Shown here one piece after another: positions 27,295 to 32,667 of a stretch of DNA of 32,667 bases. Positions within the stretch are counted from its first letter, which is position 1, and each line of letters starts with the position of its first letter. The stretch is taken from NCBI GenBank assembly GCA_947632735.1, contig CANRQG010000003.1, positions 1 to 32,667 on the forward strand, in the 5' to 3' direction. The translations under genes were made by a program, and so were the position numbers. This DNA comes from an uncultured Bacilli bacterium (GTDB taxonomy: Bacteria > Bacillota_I > Bacilli_A > RF39 > UBA660). Below the pieces are notes generated by a model, which saw only the letters and a list, made by a program, of their open reading frames with translations, searched no databases and had not been told where the DNA came from.

Positions 27295-28445
27295 TAGACA
27301 TTATCTTATTTTTCATTTATGTAACAGTTTATACAACTGTTGTCTCAATTTATAATTTTGGTCACCCAGTAGCAAATTTAAGATATTATGTTCTTTTTTT
27401 GCTATGCATCTTATCTGCAATAGTTTATCTGATTTCAAAAAAAACAAAGAATAAAAAAATATTTGGTAAAGAAAATTTATATTTGATAGTTGTATCCTTA
27501 GTATTTTTAGTTTTTTCATATATAAAAGCTTGTAGTATATCTATGAGTTTAAATTTAAGGACATTTGTACAAATCTCCTTATTTCTGTTACCAACATTAT
27601 ATTCTTTTTATGTAGTTAATTTCATTTCAAAGAAACATATATACGCAATGTTAAAAATTGCGTTAGTCATAATAATAATCACTTATTTTTTTGATATGCA
27701 GGAAGTGAAGCATAATATTTTAGAATTTTTTAGGATAAGTAATTGGCTTTCTATAGATTATCTTCATTCAGTTAGTTTTACTGAAAGTCACAACTGGGCT
27801 GAAACATTTCTACAACTATTTCTATTCTTTTTCTTTGCTTATCATAAGGATAAGAATGATAAATCATTGAAAAGATATTGTATCACTTCATTAATATTTA
27901 CCCTTTTGGCTTTTAAAAGATTAGGTATGTTGTTTGCACTGTTCATTTGTTTTTTTGGTAAGAAAATTATTGAAAAAAACAATTTCAAAAAAAATCACAA
28001 AATACTATTGACTTTTACTTTTGTCATATCAACAATTTTTTACATATCCTTTATGCAAGGGAAGATATTTGATTACAATACAGTTTTCAGTTTAACAACA
28101 GGGCGAAATTGGATATTAAAACTTTGGGAAATGAAAGGTTATTTATCTTATGGATATGGGACAAGTATGTTAGTTATTGGTAGATACTTGGAAATGGATT
28201 TAGTGGAAATATATATGGAGTTAAATATTTTTTGCTTAATAATTTTTATATATAGTTATTTTAATATATGTAAAAAAAACATTTATGCAAATATAATTAT
28301 GATTTATGTATTAGCAAATATGTTAACTGCTTCTAGTCTTCCGTGGCAAATTTCTTGGGTTATTATGATGATAAACATTTCATTTATAGTAAATTTTGAT
28401 TCTATAAGTAATAATTCAATAAAGAAAGGATATTTATATGAATAA
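27291..28445 (+). CDS. Probable Wzy polymerase of the right locus
   Basis: Polytopic membrane protein (~10 TM segments) between glycosyltransferases, with LTTGRNWI...GYG loop motifs. Confidence 0.7.
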   Translation: MIDIILFFIYVTVYTTVVSIYNFGHPVANLRYYVLFLLCILSAIVYLISKKTKNKKIFGKENLYLIVVSLVFLVFSYIKACSISMSLNLRTFVQISLFLLPTLYSFYVVNFISKKHIYAMLKIALVIIIITYFFDMQEVKHNILEFFRISNWLSIDYLHSVSFTESHNWAETFLQLFLFFFFAYHKDKNDKSLKRYCITSLIFTLLAFKRLGMLFALFICFFGKKIIEKNNFKKNHKILLTFTFVISTIFYISFMQGKIFDYNTVFSLTTGRNWILKLWEMKGYLSYGYGTSMLVIGRYLEMDLVEIYMELNIFCLIIFIYSYFNICKKNIYANIIMIYVLANMLTASSLPWQISWVIMMINISFIVNFDSISNNSIKKGYLYE

Positions 28446-29415
28446 AAAAGTTAGTATTGTAGTTCCTATTTATAATGTTGAAAAATATCTTGATAAGTGC
28501 ATAAATTCGGTAGTAAATCAAACATATAAAAATATTGAAATACTTTTAATAGATGATGGTTCTACTGATAATAGTGGAAAAATTGCGGAAAAATGGACAA
28601 AAAAAGACGATAGAATAACTGTTTACCATAAGGCAAATGGTGGTTTATCAGATGCAAGAAATTATGGAATAAAAAAGGCAAATGGAAATTATATTTGTTT
28701 CATAGATTCTGATGATTGGGTAGAAAATAATTATATTGAAAGATTACTATTGAAAATTTGTGAAAACGATTGTGATATTTCGATTTGTAACCCAATTTAT
28801 GATTTTGAAGATAGTATAAGTAAAGTAAAACAAAAGAAAAATAGTAAAAACAATTATATTATGAATTCTGAAGAAGCTATTTTACAACTAAATAATTTTA
28901 GATATTTTGATATGTCTGCTTGGTGTAAACTTTATAAAATTGAGCTTTTTAATAATATAAAATTCCCAAAAGGAAAATATTGTGAAGATTTTTATATAAT
29001 GTATAAATTATTTGATAAAGCAAATAAAATAATTTATTTTAATGAATACTTGTATCACTACATTCAAAGAAAAGGCAGTATAACAAATAGTAAAAATTTA
29101 AGATATGACTTTATTTATGCTGCCTATCAGCAAATGATTTTTGTAGAAAGAAAATATCCAAAATTAAAAAATGTAGTTAGAAGTGCTTATGCCTCATCAA
29201 TTTTAACAATTTACAATAAATCAATAGAAAACAAAATACTATTAAAACCAGATATAAAAGAAAAATTTATTACAGAGGTAAAAAATAATTATAAGTATGT
29301 AAAAGAAAATTCTCAAATACCACTGATTAAAAAGTTTCAAATTTTTCTTTTTTCGAAAAACAGAACTATTTACAAAATTTTTTTTAAGTTATACAAATTA
29401 GTATTCAAAATATGA
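28438..29415 (+). CDS. GT2 glycosyltransferase
   Basis: VSIVVPIYNVE, DDGSTD, GLSDARN, FIDSDD and ED motifs. Confidence 0.94.
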   Translation: MNKKVSIVVPIYNVEKYLDKCINSVVNQTYKNIEILLIDDGSTDNSGKIAEKWTKKDDRITVYHKANGGLSDARNYGIKKANGNYICFIDSDDWVENNYIERLLLKICENDCDISICNPIYDFEDSISKVKQKKNSKNNYIMNSEEAILQLNNFRYFDMSAWCKLYKIELFNNIKFPKGKYCEDFYIMYKLFDKANKIIYFNEYLYHYIQRKGSITNSKNLRYDFIYAAYQQMIFVERKYPKLKNVVRSAYASSILTIYNKSIENKILLKPDIKEKFITEVKNNYKYVKENSQIPLIKKFQIFLFSKNRTIYKIFFKLYKLVFKI

Positions 29416-29472
29416 GAATACTCTAAAAAAATATTAAAAAAACACCAACTAAATTTAAAGGAGGTAGTATTA

Positions 29473-30021
29473 TTGATTACCACATATAAAGAATTAAAAG
29501 AATGGTTAAAATATGAAAAACAAAATTATCCGATGAAACTGTTTGATATAGTAACTAGAAACCAAAAATACTACAATTGGAAATATCTAAAGCTTTTGCG
29601 ATACTGTGAATATTATAGAAATAGTAAAAACATACTTTTATTCCCTTTTTATGTTTGTACAAGACTAAGACGAAATCTTTTGGGTAAGCAAATTGGTATT
29701 GAAATTGGAGAAAATTGTTGTGATAAAGGATTAAATATATATCATAATGGTTCAATTGTAATTAATGGTAATTCTAAAATTGGAATGAATTTGAAATTAC
29801 ACGGTTGTAACTGCATTGGAAATCTAGGTGAAAAAAATATGAAATGTCCAACTATTGGTAATAATGTTGATTTTGGTGTGGGAGCTATTGCTATTGGAGA
29901 TATAAAAATTGCAGATGGTGTTACGATTGGAGCTAATGCTACCTGTGTTAAGGATTGCTTAAGTAAAAATACAACTCTAGTGGGGACACCTGCTAAAGCG
30001 ATAAAAAAGGATAATATTTAA
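29473..30021 (+). CDS. Hexapeptide-repeat (serine-acetyltransferase-like) O-acetyltransferase
   Basis: LNIYHNGSIVING, PTIGNNVDFGVGA, IGANA and VGTPAK; TTG start after AAGGAGGT. Confidence 0.85.
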   Translation: MITTYKELKEWLKYEKQNYPMKLFDIVTRNQKYYNWKYLKLLRYCEYYRNSKNILLFPFYVCTRLRRNLLGKQIGIEIGENCCDKGLNIYHNGSIVINGNSKIGMNLKLHGCNCIGNLGEKNMKCPTIGNNVDFGVGAIAIGDIKIADGVTIGANATCVKDCLSKNTTLVGTPAKAIKKDNI

Positions 30022-30023
30022 TT

Positions 30024-31133
30024 ATGAAAAAAGTTATTTTTGCGGAAACACCATATCAAGTTATTGTTTCCCTATATATAAAAAAACAATACTCAAAAAA
30101 AGATGATATCGTAGATTTAATTATTACAGATACATTTAATGGCCACATTAACTTATATAATAATTTAGTTAATAAAAATATCTTTAATAATGTCTTTATT
30201 GCTAAAGCAGAAGACTTAATCTTGCCTAAATCAATTAAAAAAAGGATAAAAAAGTTATATTACATTCTATTACCACAAAAAATGATAAAAAAATCTTTAG
30301 GAACAATAGACTTCTATGATGAAATATATTGTTGGAATTATGATGCATTTATTGCTAACATAAGAAGTTATTTTGCCTTAAACAATAAACCTGCACGCTT
30401 ATTTATATATGATGAAGGATATGTATCCTACTTTCCATTAAATAAAGTGATTCCAAAAAAGGGTTTTTTAAAAATTATTGAGTTCAGAAATAAACTTGCA
30501 GGTATATCAAATGTAATAAGAGAAAATATTGATGGTATTTTATTGTTTGAACCAGAGCTTTTAATATATGAACCAAATTGTCCTATTTTAGTCTTAAATA
30601 AAACTCAAGGCTTAACCAATGAATTCAAAAAACTTATTGAGGAATTATTTAATACATATAACATAATACAAAACTATGATAAAAAATATATTATTTTTGA
30701 GGAAGCAATGTTTTCTAATTCAGATGAATTTGATGATGAAAAAATAATTTTGGATATAGTAAATAAAGTTGGAAAAGACAATGTATTAATAAAATTACAC
30801 CCAAGAACAAAAGAAGATAGATTTTCAAAGTTAGGAATAAAAACATTAGGAAGTGATGGCATACCTTGGGAAGCTATAACTTTAACTGGTGATTTTTCCA
30901 ATAAAATATTAATCGCAATTAGTAGTGGTAGCATTGTTAATTATAGACTTACTTATGGAAAAAATATGAGAGCTATTTTGTTGTTTAAACTTTTTAAGAC
31001 AAATTTAAAATATTTAAGTAGCAACTATGATAAATTCTGGAACAAATTAAAATCAACTTATCCTGAGAGTGGCATATATATGCCTGAAACTATGGAAGAG
31101 CTAGATAAAATATTAACTGAAATTAGAAAATAA
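30024..31133 (+). CDS. CMP-ulosonate-dependent (sialyl/Kdo-transferase-like) glycosyltransferase
   Basis: TPYQ, YDEG, IKLHPR, IPWE and ISS resemble the (D/E)EG, HP and SS motifs of bacterial sialyltransferases. Lies next to a CMP-sugar synthetase. Confidence 0.65.
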   Translation: MKKVIFAETPYQVIVSLYIKKQYSKKDDIVDLIITDTFNGHINLYNNLVNKNIFNNVFIAKAEDLILPKSIKKRIKKLYYILLPQKMIKKSLGTIDFYDEIYCWNYDAFIANIRSYFALNNKPARLFIYDEGYVSYFPLNKVIPKKGFLKIIEFRNKLAGISNVIRENIDGILLFEPELLIYEPNCPILVLNKTQGLTNEFKKLIEELFNTYNIIQNYDKKYIIFEEAMFSNSDEFDDEKIILDIVNKVGKDNVLIKLHPRTKEDRFSKLGIKTLGSDGIPWEAITLTGDFSNKILIAISSGSIVNYRLTYGKNMRAILLFKLFKTNLKYLSSNYDKFWNKLKSTYPESGIYMPETMEELDKILTEIRK

Positions 31134-31259
31134 AATCTGCTCAACATAGATTAAATAAGACATCAAAATTATAAAAGTTTTTAATGTTGGTGAGTTGGTT
31201 TTAACGCTAGTATTTTTAAAATATTAAAAAATAAAAAAAGAAATGGAGAATGATAGAAA

Positions 31260-31934
31260 ATGAAAACAGTTGCCTTTGTACCAATAAAACTAAATAATCA
31301 AAGAACCCCCGGAAAAAATACAAAAAAATTTGATGATGGAACACCATTGATAACAGTATTTCTTAAAACATTAGTTAAGTGTACTGAAATTGATGAGCTA
31401 TATGTTTTTTGTAGTAATGAATCAATTAAGGAATATTTAATACCAGGTGTTAAATTCTTAAAAAGACCAGAATTTCTTGATACACAAGAAGCGACTCCAC
31501 AAGATATTATTTCTGAATTTATGAAATTAATCGATGCTGACATTTATGCTGTATGCCACTGCACATCACCATTTGTTAGTGTAAAACATATTAATAAATG
31601 TTTTAATTCTGTTAAGGAAGGCAAATACGATTCTGCTTTTACAGGTGAAAAAATACAAAGATTATTGTGGAATGCTGAAAATAAGCCTATTAACTTTAAT
31701 GCTGAAAACATTCCTAGAACACAGGATTTAAATCCTATATATAGCGAAGTTTCTGCAACTTATGTTTTTAGAAAAGAAGTCTTTACGAGATATAAAAGGC
31801 GTATCGGTATTAACCCATTAATTGTAGAGGTAAGTGGGATAGAATGCGTGGATATAGATTATCCGGAAGATTTTGAAATAGCTAATGCAATATATATGAT
31901 GATTATAAATAATAGAAAGGACGATAATAAATGA
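31260..31934 (+). CDS. NeuA/KdsB-like CMP-ulosonic acid synthetase (cytidylyltransferase)
   Basis: FVPIKLNNQRTPGKN, HCTSPF, PRTQDL and DIDYPEDF. Confidence 0.88.
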   Translation: MKTVAFVPIKLNNQRTPGKNTKKFDDGTPLITVFLKTLVKCTEIDELYVFCSNESIKEYLIPGVKFLKRPEFLDTQEATPQDIISEFMKLIDADIYAVCHCTSPFVSVKHINKCFNSVKEGKYDSAFTGEKIQRLLWNAENKPINFNAENIPRTQDLNPIYSEVSATYVFRKEVFTRYKRRIGINPLIVEVSGIECVDIDYPEDFEIANAIYMMIINNRKDDNK

Positions 31935-32667
31935 AACACATACAACTACTAGATTGCACGTTAAGAGATGGAGCTTATCTAATTGATAAGAAGTTTGGTG
32001 ATAATGTAATAAGAGGTATTATTGATGGATTATTAAAAACAAAAATAGATTTCATTGAAATTGGTTTCTTTCAAAATGATGGCTTTGGAGAAGGAAAAAC
32101 AGTTTTTAGAAATTCCCAAGATGCTAAAAAATTTATTCCTAAAAATAAAAACGGAACTATGTTTACTGTATTAGCTGATTATAGTAGATTTTCTGTAGAT
32201 AATTTAGATGAGTGTGATAATCAATCAATAGATGCAGTTAGAGAATGTTTCTTTAAAAATGAAAGATTTGGTGCTATAGAAGCGTGTAAAAAAATTAAAG
32301 AAAAAGGTTATAAATTATTTGTTCAACCAGTTGATATTTTGGGATACACAGAGGAAGAGCTTATAGAATTTATTAAACTTATCAATGAAGTTGAACCATA
32401 TAGTTTTTCTATTGTTGATACTTTTGGATCTATGTACCCTGAAGATTTAACTAAAGTATTTGAAATAATTGATAAATATTTAATTTCTTCTTGTAAAATT
32501 GGATTTCATTCACATAACAATATGCAATTATCTAATGCTCTTTCTCAGGAATTTACTAGAATTTCTGCGGGTAAAAGAGAGGGTGTTATTGATGGAACTA
32601 TTTCTGGTATGGGCAGAGGAGCTGGCAATACGCCAACCGAATTAATTGTACAATACTTAAATACTAA
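31931..32667 (+). CDS. HMGL-like (DRE-TIM) aldolase, 4-hydroxy-2-oxovalerate aldolase-like; truncated by the window end
   Basis: Absent from the ORF track because it has no stop in the window. The ATG at 31931 gives MKHIQLLDCTLRDG...VDTFGSM...GFHSHNN...GMGRGAGNTPTE. Confidence 0.88.
   Translation, partial: MKHIQLLDCTLRDGAYLIDKKFGDNVIRGIIDGLLKTKIDFIEIGFFQNDGFGEGKTVFRNSQDAKKFIPKNKNGTMFTVLADYSRFSVDNLDECDNQSIDAVRECFFKNERFGAIEACKKIKEKGYKLFVQPVDILGYTEEELIEFIKLINEVEPYSFSIVDTFGSMYPEDLTKVFEIIDKYLISSCKIGFHSHNNMQLSNALSQEFTRISAGKREGVIDGTISGMGRGAGNTPTELIVQYLNT

Noticed and set aside
21040-31543. Short ORFs at 21040, 21675, 23079, 23173, 24919, 25654, 27313, 29555, 30674 and 31298
   Set aside because: Antisense to real genes or, for 21040..21246, to the AlbA_2 remnant; no motifs.

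Overview
AT-rich, Firmicutes/Bacilli-like DNA. Two Wzy-type surface-polysaccharide loci point away from each other: a left locus on the minus strand (1..14737) and a right locus on the plus strand (25484 to beyond the window end). Each starts directly with a paralogous short priming phosphoglycosyl transferase. The ~10.7 kb core between them holds three leftward sigma-A promoters, an XRE HTH gene, three tandem large serine recombinases (no phage or conjugation genes in view), vanZ, a decayed AlbA_2 gene, two AAA_14/DUF4143 ATPases, and an IS200 element. Structure the gene calls do not explain: (1) five copies of a TACTGGCT-N4-AGCCAGTA palindrome, three in a 36-bp tandem array and two inside a ~150-190 bp duplicated module that brackets IS200 plus ATPase 2; (2) periodic operator-like arrays (33, 40 and 12 bp) at the promoters of the ATPase and AlbA genes; (3) a G11 tract that frameshifts the SDR gene of the left locus; (4) an apparent C-to-G skew switch inside the middle recombinase; (5) a NeuB-less ulosonic-acid module in the right locus. 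The leading hypothesis, which is inference only, is a recombinase- or repeat-driven switch between two surface polysaccharides. All calls rest on motif recognition by eye; no database searches were run.
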